NCBI GenBank assembly: GCA_009859145.1
Contig: VRVR01000037.1
Coordinates: 181,885 to 245,884, forward strand
Length of the DNA stretch: 64,000 nucleotides
Direction of reading: 5' to 3'
Source of the DNA: Andalucia godoyi And28
Taxonomy: Eukaryota > Protista > Jakobida
Part shown: piece after piece, positions 19,101 through 28,824 of the stretch
How the letters are laid out: each line of letters starts with the position of its first letter
Numbering within the stretch: position 1 is the stretch's first letter
Program-made: the position numbers and the translations under genes
The notes under the pieces: model-generated
What the model saw: only the letters and a program-made list of their open reading frames with translations
The model's database searches: none
What the model was told of the DNA's origin: nothing

Positions 19101-20396
19101 ATGGGAGATAGAGCGAATATCCCGCCATTATCAGATCTTCAGGAGGACAACTACTCTCTTCCGGAGCTGAAGCAGTTCTGCCGAACACTGAATCTCCCAG
19201 TTTCCGGTCGTAAATCGGTGCTTGTTGAGCGGCTCAAAGATCACTTGGTGCAACAGGCAGGCCCGTCGACGGCTACGGACGTTGTACCTAGTGTTCCCGC
19301 CAAGTCTCGCAAGCGGGGTCTGGCCGCCATTCAACAGCCGGACGATGACGCTGACGCTGAGGCTGAGGATGCTGATGCTGATGCTGATGCTGATGCTGAT
19401 GCTGATGCGGATGCGGATGCCGCGGACGGCAATGGGCATAATGAACAAGAGGAGGAAGAGCAAGACGAAAAACGGGGGAAAAGGGGCGCAAAGGGAAAGA
19501 AACCAGCAAAGCAAGAAAAGAAGCCAAAAAAGACGGTAAAGAGGGAAGCAGCAGCAGACAATGATCGCGATGGCCGACATCGAGCGATAACGCAAGTGAT
19601 CAGGGACAGGATCGTCCGAGCGTTTGAGCATCGATTGCTGCTGATTGACACGCCGGTGGTCGACCACGAGACCCCGCAGTATGAGTATCGTATGCTGGGC
19701 CATTCGGGGAATGTGTACACGGTGCATATCAACAACCGCCCGCGATGTGAGTGCCCCGACGGCCGCCGTGGAAACGTGTGCAAGCATCTACTGTACATTC
19801 TCATTCGGATCCTGCGCATCCCGTCCACCAACTCCGTCATTGCGCAGCGCAGTCTTACGCGGGCCGAGCTGGACACCTACATTGTCCCTCGCATGCGTGA
19901 AATAGAGGCCAAGGCCATCGATGCTTCTCTCTGCGCCTCGGACCGTGTTCGCGCCTTCCTCTCCTCCCCCTCGTCGTCTTCTTCGACTGCCGGAGCGACT
20001 ACGGCAGCAGCCGCGGATGCGACACTCAAAGTGGCGATGCGCAAGTCTGACGAATGTCCTGTGTGTTACGAGCCGTTCCACGAGTCCGAGCCAATCGTCT
20101 ACTGCGAGCACTCGTGCGGAAACACATTCCACAAGTCTTGCATGGACCTCGTTATCCGCTCGGCTCCGTCTCACGAGTCTGCAAAGTGCCCTATGTGCCG
20201 AGTCAACTGGCTGCCGCCCTCCTCCTCCGCTGCCTCTCGCTCTACCGGCAGCGGCAGCGGCAGCGGGTCCGGATATTACGGAACACAGTATGTGAATGTC
20301 GCCGCGGTCTCCGAGCAGCACCGAAACCCCGTGTCGCTGCGGGAGTCGTATCCCAACAGCTACCGCTTCATGCAGCGCCAGCGATACTACCGGTAG
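19101..20396 (+). CDS. SAP domain + SWIM zinc finger + RING finger protein (putative E3 ubiquitin ligase)
   Basis: SAP: SLPELKQFCRTLNLPVSGRKSVLVERL; SWIM: GHSGNVYTVHINNRPRCECPDGRRGNVCKHLLYIL; RING: CPVCYE...YCEHSCGNTFHKSC...CPMCR. Confidence 0.9.
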   Translation: MGDRANIPPLSDLQEDNYSLPELKQFCRTLNLPVSGRKSVLVERLKDHLVQQAGPSTATDVVPSVPAKSRKRGLAAIQQPDDDADAEAEDADADADADADADADADAADGNGHNEQEEEEQDEKRGKRGAKGKKPAKQEKKPKKTVKREAAADNDRDGRHRAITQVIRDRIVRAFEHRLLLIDTPVVDHETPQYEYRMLGHSGNVYTVHINNRPRCECPDGRRGNVCKHLLYILIRILRIPSTNSVIAQRSLTRAELDTYIVPRMREIEAKAIDASLCASDRVRAFLSSPSSSSSTAGATTAAAADATLKVAMRKSDECPVCYEPFHESEPIVYCEHSCGNTFHKSCMDLVIRSAPSHESAKCPMCRVNWLPPSSSAASRSTGSGSGSGSGYYGTQYVNVAAVSEQHRNPVSLRESYPNSYRFMQRQRYYR

Positions 20397-20607
20397 GTCC
20401 CCGAGCACCAAATCACGCTTCGTGTATACTGCTGCTATCATCATACTTCAACGAATACAATCCAGCTGCTGTAGTTTTACTGTAGTTTCCTCCTCTCCCC
20501 CCCAAAAAAAGAAAAAGAACTCCGGGAAGCCGCCGTGTCTCGAACTCTGCGCTTGCTTTTTTCTTTCGTTGGAAACTTGAACAACTGGAGGAAAGCATAG
20601 CAAAGAC

Positions 20608-23100
20608 ATGGGGGCATTCACATATGCTCCGTATTGGTTGTTGGCGGCTTCGTGTTGCGTTGCGGTGGGCTTCGTGTCGGGATGCGGGATCACGACGCAC
20701 ACGGCCATCTCGCATCGAGCACTTCGACAATGGTCGTCTGGATACGCGCCGTTGGTCCGTGAAGAGCTAGCATCTCTTGAGGCTGGGTCGCCGTACCCGG
20801 ATACGTACTACGACGGCTTGTGCATGCATGGGGAATTACACCAGGTGTCTGAAGACGTGCATTGGCTTCCGTACACGATTACTGCCGTGGAGTATATGCG
20901 AGATTTGTATCCACCCCCGCTTGCGTCGCATGGTGTGGATGCACGGCGGCTGTTTTCGTTTCTTCTTGGAGTAGCGTCGCATCAGATGGCAGATGTTGTG
21001 TGGCATGCGTCGCTTACATCGGTGCCAAACGGACTGATTGACGCAGATGCGTTCACGGATTACTTTAGCGATCGCCAGGATGCGCACTCGTCTGTGGACA
21101 CCGGCGGCGATGTGCTGATTGACTATGAAACAGTCGATACACGCGCCATGTACGTGACGGAATGGTACACTCCGTACGCCCATCTGCAAAACATCTTTGA
21201 AAAGTATGCGCAGGACTGGAAATCCGAGATTGAGAGAAATGCCACGGTTGCGGTGATCAAGATATGCACGGACATCATGTGGATTGGAAGACAGGCGGAT
21301 GCTGCATTTTTGGAAATCGAGTACAATAAGCTCGCTGCCAACAACTCTTGGTTTCTCGAGTCCTTCTATGATTATTATCTCGGGGGTATGCATAACATGG
21401 TGGCGGAGACAGTGCGCTACTGGGACTGGATCGTGGAAATGTACGAGCACGGAACGCAGGCGTGTGCGTATCCAAACAACAATCCCTTTTACATGTCCTG
21501 CCCATCCTCCTCGCGAAGGAGTCTGGACAGCGGGAGGGACAGTCACAACAGGAATCAGAGTAATCGCAGTGCTATTGATGATGCTGCGAATGGAGCAGGA
21601 AAAGGAGAGGCACTTCGGGCTGTGGGGAGTAATGTATCGTATGCAGACGTCGGCCATGTGATCATCCACCAGGACGTGAATGGCGACGGGGTGGGCGACG
21701 TGGTGATTGGGGTCCCGAATTCGCTGGACCACGGCTGTCTTTCGCGTGGATTCGCGTTTGTAAAGTTTGGTAGCAGCAGCCACGGCTTCGAAGGTTTGTC
21801 GGACGTCGTGACGGTGGAGGACTGGGCCGATGCAGCACTTGCACCACCACCACCACCTCCACCATCGCCCCAACCCCCTCCACGTTCTCCGACTGGATCT
21901 CATTGCGATGCAAACCGATTTGGCTGGGCGATGGCAACCGTAGACTTGAACAAGGACGGGATTCCAGATCTAGTAGTTGGTGCACCATCCGAGGGCTTCG
22001 CAGCCAATGTCTTCACCGGCGCCGTGTACTTGTACTCTGTTTCCACTCGCGGCGGTCGAGATTTGACACCGTATCTGAGGATTTCAGGTGTCAGTGCGCA
22101 CGACTCGGCAGGATTTCGGGTTGTCGGTGGTGATTTGGACGGCGATGGGTTTGCCGATCTTGTTATTTCGTCTCCGTACGCACAGCTTTCCGACGATGCT
22201 GCACAGACTGGAGCCGTGTGGATATTCCTGTCTTCGCGAATGACCTTTTCCAGCGGAGGAGAACAGACGCTGAACGATGCGCACATTGTGATTCGTGGTT
22301 CTAGCCTCCATGGCAGGTTTGGGTACTTTACCCAAATTGTGGAGCCCCGCGACGGTTCGAGCTCGTTTCTTTCGTCCGCTCTGCTGCTGGTTGGTTCTCC
22401 GAATGCACTTCGTCCCGATGCTGGAGCGCACGTGCAAGGTACCGGAAGCATCCATGGCTACTTCATCGACAAGACCACCACTTCTGGCTCTCTAGCTCCG
22501 CTGTTCATCATCGACGGCGCTCAATCCCTTGATGCCCTCGGTCATTCCTTTGATGTCTCCTACGCACCTTACCCGCTCATGTTTGCTTCCATCCCCACGC
22601 ACTCTCTCTCGGATTCCAGTTTCGTCGGTGGCGTGTTCGCATTTGATCTCTCTGCGCTGGTCTCTATTTCGGTGGCTGCAGCACTTAAACCGTGTCGATT
22701 CGATGCGACCGATCCAAGAATCGTGTTCGTATCCATGGTCGGAGATCGCCAGTTCGGCAGACTCGGGTACACCGTTACGGCAAGCGATGACTTGCAGACG
22801 CTGTTCCTGTCTGCGCCGCTGGCTCGTCCTATTCTTGTATCTTCCGGACGAGTGTATGCGGTGCCCTATGCCCAGATTTCCGCAAAGCACCAGTCGCAGC
22901 CGCAGTCTCAGCCACTCGTCGTGGGAGATTCGACCTTTTCTCACCGCACCGGATCCCCTCTCGACCACTTCGGCACACATGCATGCCTCGTCAACGACGG
23001 CGCGTCATCGTCACTTTGGATTGCGGCTTCGTTAGGCGCAATCAACCAGGACCACGCTCCACACACCGGGCTCATCCATGTTCTTCCAGCCCCATTTTGA
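20608..23100 (+). CDS. GPLD1: Glycosylphosphatidylinositol-specific phospholipase D
   Basis: Signal peptide then CGITTHTAISHRA, GSPYPDTYY...EDVHW, GVASHQMADVVWH and HSSVDTGGDV, matching the GPLD1 catalytic domain; followed by FG-GAP repeats (DLNKDGIPDLVVGAP, DLDGDGFADLVISSP). Confidence 0.92.
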   Translation: MGAFTYAPYWLLAASCCVAVGFVSGCGITTHTAISHRALRQWSSGYAPLVREELASLEAGSPYPDTYYDGLCMHGELHQVSEDVHWLPYTITAVEYMRDLYPPPLASHGVDARRLFSFLLGVASHQMADVVWHASLTSVPNGLIDADAFTDYFSDRQDAHSSVDTGGDVLIDYETVDTRAMYVTEWYTPYAHLQNIFEKYAQDWKSEIERNATVAVIKICTDIMWIGRQADAAFLEIEYNKLAANNSWFLESFYDYYLGGMHNMVAETVRYWDWIVEMYEHGTQACAYPNNNPFYMSCPSSSRRSLDSGRDSHNRNQSNRSAIDDAANGAGKGEALRAVGSNVSYADVGHVIIHQDVNGDGVGDVVIGVPNSLDHGCLSRGFAFVKFGSSSHGFEGLSDVVTVEDWADAALAPPPPPPPSPQPPPRSPTGSHCDANRFGWAMATVDLNKDGIPDLVVGAPSEGFAANVFTGAVYLYSVSTRGGRDLTPYLRISGVSAHDSAGFRVVGGDLDGDGFADLVISSPYAQLSDDAAQTGAVWIFLSSRMTFSSGGEQTLNDAHIVIRGSSLHGRFGYFTQIVEPRDGSSSFLSSALLLVGSPNALRPDAGAHVQGTGSIHGYFIDKTTTSGSLAPLFIIDGAQSLDALGHSFDVSYAPYPLMFASIPTHSLSDSSFVGGVFAFDLSALVSISVAAALKPCRFDATDPRIVFVSMVGDRQFGRLGYTVTASDDLQTLFLSAPLARPILVSSGRVYAVPYAQISAKHQSQPQSQPLVVGDSTFSHRTGSPLDHFGTHACLVNDGASSSLWIAASLGAINQDHAPHTGLIHVLPAPF

Positions 23101-23343
23101 AAAATGAGCATCTGCTTCCTGCTGTAGTGAAAAAAGAAGAAAGAAAAAAGAAAAAAGCCTTTAAGAATCAAGTGATGCTAGATTGATGCAACCGCCTCTT
23201 TTTTTTTTTAACTCTCTCTTTTGGAAGGCTTTCCGCTTCATCATCACCATCACCATCATAATAGAATCATCCAATCCGTGCAATCCAATTAATCAAAAGA
23301 GAAGAGAAAGAAGGCGCTTTTCAAAAAAAAAGAATACAGGAGG

Positions 23344-26300
23344 ATGAGTGTTCCGATTACATATAGCCTTGATAGTGGGCAGCCGATCGCTTCGCTGCGC
23401 ATCGTTTCGCCGTCCTCCACCTCGGCAACGACGGCCAAGCTGTCGATTGAAGGGACGCAGACGCTGTTGGTTCCTTCTGAGTGGTCGACAATTGTCGTCC
23501 TTAACGAGTTATTGAACACGACGGTTGTGGTGACGCTAGCGGACTCGACAGCTGTCGACACCCGTCTAGTCTCGCTTGTCTCGGCTCTGCTAGGCTCAAG
23601 CGATGCGCCGCCGGCTGCAGCATCACCCACACGTGTGCAAGTGCAGGTTGCGCCGGGCATTACGGCTGCGGTGACTTCTTCTGAGGTTCTGCTTCCGCGC
23701 CCAGCTGACGCCGTACGATTGCTGACGATTTTGCTTCCTGCTGCCTCGGCACTTATGCTGCCGCCGCCGCACAACGAGTCGCTTTTCACATGGTCCTTTT
23801 CTCTTACTTTTCCGGACTCGCCGAGCACCGAGCGCGAGTATGATGTCATTTCCACTGCGGCGGGAAACACATTTGCGGTTTCTCAGGAGCTTTCGTCTGC
23901 ATTCTTGGCGAAGCTTGATGCAGACGCGAATGCAGTTTCGGTGAAGCTGTCACTGAAGCGATCTGTGCTGCCCGCAATCAGGTCCCAAGGGTTTGAGGAT
24001 TACAACGCCGCACGGTTCGTTGCTGCGGCCTATATTCCGCTGTCCTTCCTTTCGATGCCTGGCTCGCGGACCTTTACGTCTTCCAAGCCTCTTCCGTTTG
24101 CGAGAGAAAAGCCGTCGTCAACTGGTGGTCCTGGGTCTGCACCTGCTGGGAATGTAAAGCCGCCAAAGGGATGTCCCCCGGACTTGCTTCCGGACTCGTC
24201 GACGCCTGCTGACTCCGATGCGTTTGCGATCACAGGCACGAATGTTCCGTCGTTTTCAGTGTTGATTTCGGCGCCGTTGATTCCGCTCCCAAGCGACCGA
24301 CCGCGGCCTTCGGCAGCTGCGATTGCTCAAGTGATTCCGGCTGCAGTGGACCCCGCGACGCTGATTGGGAGTGCGTCGGCCCAGGACGAGTTTCAAGAGG
24401 AAGTCGTCCTTCTTGCGCGAGAACTTGCAGCAAGACTCTCCGCAGTCGATCTTGCGGGGGATGCGGACAGTGCGAAGCGCGCGCTGCTGCGAGAAATGCA
24501 GCAGACAGGAAGGACAGTCGAAGTCAGAGAACGACTGCGAAGAGTCGTGGCAAGAGTCGTCAAGGATGAGATGAATGTCCCCCCGTCTTTTGAAAATGAA
24601 GATGACAAGGCGCGCTTCTTGGCAGACGTCTATCTTCATGTCGTCAATCTCCTCCACTCTGCACTTTCGAACAAGCAGCACAGCAGCAACAAAAGTGGCA
24701 GTGGTGGAAGAAGAGAAGGAGGAGGAATGGTCGACTGGGCGCAGATTTCAGCAATGTACGAAGTTGAAGGGGATATGGGCTCTCAAGTGCAATTTGCAGC
24801 AGAGCAGATCGTTCGGTTCCCTACAGGTACTGCGCCGCTTGTTTCCGCTGCGTACGCACTCCTTCGGGCCGATCCGCACTCGATTCCGTCGCTTCCAAAC
24901 ATCACCACGGCCCCTAATGGCTCACAGAAGGGGATCGAACGAATCGCAAGAGCGGTGGATTTGCTGCAGCGTGCACTCGCACTCGATGCCAAGTGCGTTG
25001 ATGCGCTTTGTCTGATGGGGCTTCTGCACCTTGAACGCGAAGAATACCGACAGGCTACCGTCTTGCTTGAATGTGCGGTGGATGCTGCAGCCTCCGGAAC
25101 ATCCGCGAGCACACGGGTAGACAAGAAGGATGTGCAGGTGCGAACTTGGGGACTGCTATTTGCATGCCACGAACAGGCCGAGCGATCGGATCTGTCGTCT
25201 GCAGTCATGCGATACTTGCTGCCGGTAACAGGGGCTTCGAAGATCGAGACGTTGCGAATGGTGGTGCTTGGAGTGCTCGAGGAGCTGTTTGATTTGCGGC
25301 TGCTGGTTTTTGCAGAGCGATGGATGCTGTCTACGCACGCAGTTGCGGTTCTTACACCGGCGGAACGGGCCTTGTTTGATGCCAGACTTGCGCTGATTCA
25401 AGACGATGCGCACCGTGCGTTGTCCATTGCTGCGTCTGGGAACACGGCCGCAAAGGCGAGCGATACTGCCCCGGCTGCTGCAGCAATTGCGGCGATTGCT
25501 GCTTCCTGCCTTGGAAAGCATGCAGAAGCAATTGCATCGCTCACGTTTGCATTCTCAAAAATGCCAGTTGCGTCCCCCACTTCTGCTGGTGCTGCAGGTT
25601 GTTGCTCGAACTTCTTGATATGGAGGAACTCGACTGTGCAGCCCGTTTCCGCTTCATCGCTGTATTTTGCACTCCCTGGACGAAGTTGGGCGCTGCGAAT
25701 GCTGATGGGCCGTCTGCTGATGGGTTCTGGATCGCCTGTGCACGCCGCAGAAGTGTTTGTCGAAATGTTCCGTTCTGTTTCGCCATCGGCAGACAGCAGC
25801 GTCCAGACAACGAGCTCGGATGCCCCAACAAAGGTAACTGGAGCGGGTGGAGCCGGACTGAAGTGGGCGGGCATTGCGCTGTACCAGTACTGTGCAGAAA
25901 ACCCGTCGAGCGACGAGTACGTGTCTGCATGCAGAGGGCTATTGGATGCTGCCAATCGGTTCAATCCGTACGACGCGCTTGTGTGGCTGCATCTTGTGCT
26001 GCTCAGCTTGCGCGATGGTGGTGCTTTCCAAGTGGCGGATGCGTGTTTGTTCCAGGCTCGCAAATGTCTTGCGGCCGGCAGCTCATTTGCAGTCTTTTCT
26101 GGTGTTTCGGGATACATGTTGTCGGAGCAGCGGATGATGACTGAGATCTCGAGACTGTGGGTTTCCGAAGCTGTACGAAAGGGTGACAAGGACCAGCTGG
26201 GAACGCCGGAAGCTCTTGTGTCTAGTCTGGGACTCTTGGAAGGCGTCGACGAAGCTATCAATGCGCAGGTGCCGATCGAGCAAGACCAGCTTGCTGCTCT

Positions 26301-26406
26301 CCAAGTCCTGGCTGCAGTGCGCCGCGCAAAGGGTGACGACGAACAAGCAGATCGCATTGATCACTATCTGGATATTGTGTCGCGTCAAGATGTAATTGCA
26401 AAATAA
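23344..26406 (+). CDS. CFAP70: Cilia/flagella-associated protein 70-like TPR protein
   Basis: 1020 aa; N-terminal beta-rich region; central QDEFQEEV...ERLRRVVARVVKDE...FLADVYLHVVNLLHSAL helix bundle and TPR repeats in the CFAP70/TTC18 arrangement. Confidence 0.7.
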   Translation: MSVPITYSLDSGQPIASLRIVSPSSTSATTAKLSIEGTQTLLVPSEWSTIVVLNELLNTTVVVTLADSTAVDTRLVSLVSALLGSSDAPPAAASPTRVQVQVAPGITAAVTSSEVLLPRPADAVRLLTILLPAASALMLPPPHNESLFTWSFSLTFPDSPSTEREYDVISTAAGNTFAVSQELSSAFLAKLDADANAVSVKLSLKRSVLPAIRSQGFEDYNAARFVAAAYIPLSFLSMPGSRTFTSSKPLPFAREKPSSTGGPGSAPAGNVKPPKGCPPDLLPDSSTPADSDAFAITGTNVPSFSVLISAPLIPLPSDRPRPSAAAIAQVIPAAVDPATLIGSASAQDEFQEEVVLLARELAARLSAVDLAGDADSAKRALLREMQQTGRTVEVRERLRRVVARVVKDEMNVPPSFENEDDKARFLADVYLHVVNLLHSALSNKQHSSNKSGSGGRREGGGMVDWAQISAMYEVEGDMGSQVQFAAEQIVRFPTGTAPLVSAAYALLRADPHSIPSLPNITTAPNGSQKGIERIARAVDLLQRALALDAKCVDALCLMGLLHLEREEYRQATVLLECAVDAAASGTSASTRVDKKDVQVRTWGLLFACHEQAERSDLSSAVMRYLLPVTGASKIETLRMVVLGVLEELFDLRLLVFAERWMLSTHAVAVLTPAERALFDARLALIQDDAHRALSIAASGNTAAKASDTAPAAAAIAAIAASCLGKHAEAIASLTFAFSKMPVASPTSAGAAGCCSNFLIWRNSTVQPVSASSLYFALPGRSWALRMLMGRLLMGSGSPVHAAEVFVEMFRSVSPSADSSVQTTSSDAPTKVTGAGGAGLKWAGIALYQYCAENPSSDEYVSACRGLLDAANRFNPYDALVWLHLVLLSLRDGGAFQVADACLFQARKCLAAGSSFAVFSGVSGYMLSEQRMMTEISRLWVSEAVRKGDKDQLGTPEALVSSLGLLEGVDEAINAQVPIEQDQLAALQVLAAVRRAKGDDEQADRIDHYLDIVSRQDVIAK

Positions 26407-26814
26407 GGAATAAAAGAAAAATGAAAAAGAACTCCCTTGTTGTCTGGTCGCCTTATTTGATTCACACCAATTAGCATCATCGTCATGCCCTGCGTGCACG
26501 TCATGTCCGATACGTGTGGATCGAGATTGGAATGGTGCGCACCATATCTATCTGAAGACTGCTTCGGCGTACTGAGGCCTGCCCCTCCCCGCTCTTCTGG
26601 ATTGAATTCACATTCGGTTCCGATGCAAGACTGACGGCCAGCAATGATTCGTCATGCTCAGCGTGCAAAATGCAGGCGTGGGGAAGATTTGATGTTTTTA
26701 TTCGTCGTTCTTTAAAATCTCGCGATTTCTCATGCACAGCTCGGACAGACAACATACTCACACAGCTAGGCAGTTGCACAGCCACAGAGCCACAAAGAAC
26801 ACCAGGAATACTGT

Positions 26815-28536
26815 TTAGAGCATGTTGAATCCAAACGCAAAGTGCCATTCCTTGGAGCGGTCGCCAGGATGCAGCGTGCTTGCAACAGGCATGGACCAGT
26901 TGAGCTCGATAGCACCGATGGGAGTGGGCAGCGCAAAGCCGACGCCCCCGACTAGACGGGAAGAGCGAGCCGCCTCGCAAGCCGCAGTTTTCCAAGACGA
27001 CCCCAGAGACAACGGCGCGGCAGAGAGCGACACAGCTTGCCCAAACACATGTCCGCGGATTCGCAGCGAATGGCAAATGTCGCCTGGAAGCAAGAAATGA
27101 GCACCGGCAGTCAGCACAGCTCCCAGCGAGGCTCCAGGAAGCCCGGTAGCCCCCACATCTTCTTGCAGCGCAAGGCCACGCACACGGTGTGCAAGGGCAA
27201 TTCGCTCACACAGCGGCACACGAGAGACGAATTCGTTTGCTTGTGGAACGTACACAGAAGCAGAAGAAGCAGCAGGAGACGACGAGGGTGAAGAAAGCGA
27301 GGAAGTAGAAAGCGAGGCGACGACACCCAACGAGGCGTCGAGAGAAAGAGAGACGCCGGGCCAGATGTTGAGCCATGATTGCGAATGAACACTGGTCTTT
27401 GCAAACGGGGTGGAAAACTCACGAGAGTGCGTGTGCTGCGCAATCGGAACACCAAGCTCACAGTCGGTTCGCACGGCGAATCCAGAAAAGGGAACAACGG
27501 GGTCATCGCGGCCATCTGACATGAACGAGTGCAGCAGTGACAGCTTTGTGTACTCGCCACACTCCTGTCGCAGAGCCAGCGGTGCGTCCGCGGAGACTTC
27601 CGAAACGTCTCTGCGGACAACTTCCACGGTGTAAGCATGCTTGGTGCAGTCCAAAAGGAACTCAGAGGCCCTTGCAAGCAGCGATGCAGAAGGAAGCAGC
27701 TTTCCCTTTGCCGCCTTTTCGGCCAGCTTGTACGACCTGCGCGCAGAAAACACACCTCCAAAAGGATCGATCCCAACAGAAGCCGACAGATCTCTCTGCA
27801 CAAACGAGTTCTTCGCCGACGACACAAAAGGCGAATGAATAGTTCCGTGTCCAATCGCAACTTTCCATGGCAGCGTCAGCAGTCCGCTCCGTGCCGCATC
27901 AGGATCATTCGCAAACGACAGCGAGAACTGGTTCGATTTATACTGCCCCATCGACCCATCCAGAAGCATGCGCTCTCCTTGACCAAGCAAGTTATGTGTC
28001 CCTGCCGAAACCGAAACCGCACGTTCTCCACGACCGGAAACCGACGTTTCTACTTTCAGTCTCGACGGCGCGGCCTCCTTCACCTGCACACTCACCGCCG
28101 CCTCCATCGTTCCCGGGACAACCACCGCAGCCGCCGTCTTCAACCCGCTACTCGGAGCAACCAGCACGTCAACTGCCGAAAACAGCGACTTTTGCCGGAA
28201 CGCATTCTGTACATTCACCATGTCAAATACCAGCGTCTCAAGGCTGTTCCGTCCCGCGTCCCCGCCCTCTGACGCGCCACCAGCATCTGCTGCATTAGAA
28301 TACTTCTGCAGCGGCGCGAGCAGAGTCTCCAGAATCACCCCGGATGTCCGCGACACTCCAGAAACCGCAATCCCAGACAAGACGACCTTGTCGCGCCGAT
28401 GTGCCGCAACCGCACGAACTACGCGAGAAGCACGCGCGCTCTCCTCCGCGACCTCGCCACCACCGCTGTCGTAGTCGGAACCTCTCGATGAAAACAAAGG
28501 TGCAATCGTCGGATCAACTGCTGCGTGCCGCTCCAT
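26815..28536 (-). CDS. SAMM50: Mitochondrial outer-membrane beta-barrel assembly protein Sam50 (Omp85 family)
   Basis: POTRA-like N-terminus (VVLSGIAVSGVSRT...FRQKSLFSAVDV); HNLLGQGE; DGRDDPVVPFSG; C-terminal GVGFALPTPIGAIELNWSMP...GDRSKEWHFAFG. Confidence 0.9.
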   Translation of the reverse strand: MERHAAVDPTIAPLFSSRGSDYDSGGGEVAEESARASRVVRAVAAHRRDKVVLSGIAVSGVSRTSGVILETLLAPLQKYSNAADAGGASEGGDAGRNSLETLVFDMVNVQNAFRQKSLFSAVDVLVAPSSGLKTAAAVVVPGTMEAAVSVQVKEAAPSRLKVETSVSGRGERAVSVSAGTHNLLGQGERMLLDGSMGQYKSNQFSLSFANDPDAARSGLLTLPWKVAIGHGTIHSPFVSSAKNSFVQRDLSASVGIDPFGGVFSARRSYKLAEKAAKGKLLPSASLLARASEFLLDCTKHAYTVEVVRRDVSEVSADAPLALRQECGEYTKLSLLHSFMSDGRDDPVVPFSGFAVRTDCELGVPIAQHTHSREFSTPFAKTSVHSQSWLNIWPGVSLSLDASLGVVASLSTSSLSSPSSSPAASSASVYVPQANEFVSRVPLCERIALAHRVRGLALQEDVGATGLPGASLGAVLTAGAHFLLPGDICHSLRIRGHVFGQAVSLSAAPLSLGSSWKTAACEAARSSRLVGGVGFALPTPIGAIELNWSMPVASTLHPGDRSKEWHFAFGFNML

Positions 28537-28824
28537 CTTTCTTGGACCTGCTCACTCGGTAAACGTAACCTCAGGATTTATAATTTTTTAATTTTAAAAA
28601 AAAGGGGTTTAAAAGAATTCTAAAAAAAATAATTATACCGGAAAAAAAATATGGAAATAAAGAGAAAAAACAGAGAAAACAGAAAATATAAAAGAGCTGA
28701 AATACGAAAGAAAAGAAAAGAGAACGATTGGAGGAGGACAGCTACGTGCGTTAGTGTTTTTTAAAAATTAAAAATGACAGGTCACTACGAAAGATGTTTG
28801 GAGAATGCGGGGACGCTGGAGGGG

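Noticed and set aside
20836-21903. 355-aa minus-strand ORF
   Set aside because: Antisense to GPLD1. The many other short overlapping ORFs in the track were rejected for the same reason.
26480-26800. GC-normal gap between CFAP70 and SAM50 with palindrome ATGGTGCGCACCAT and a CUUCGG loop
   Set aside because: No tRNA, snRNA or snoRNA boxes found; stems are short; can be explained as the 3' UTR of convergent genes.
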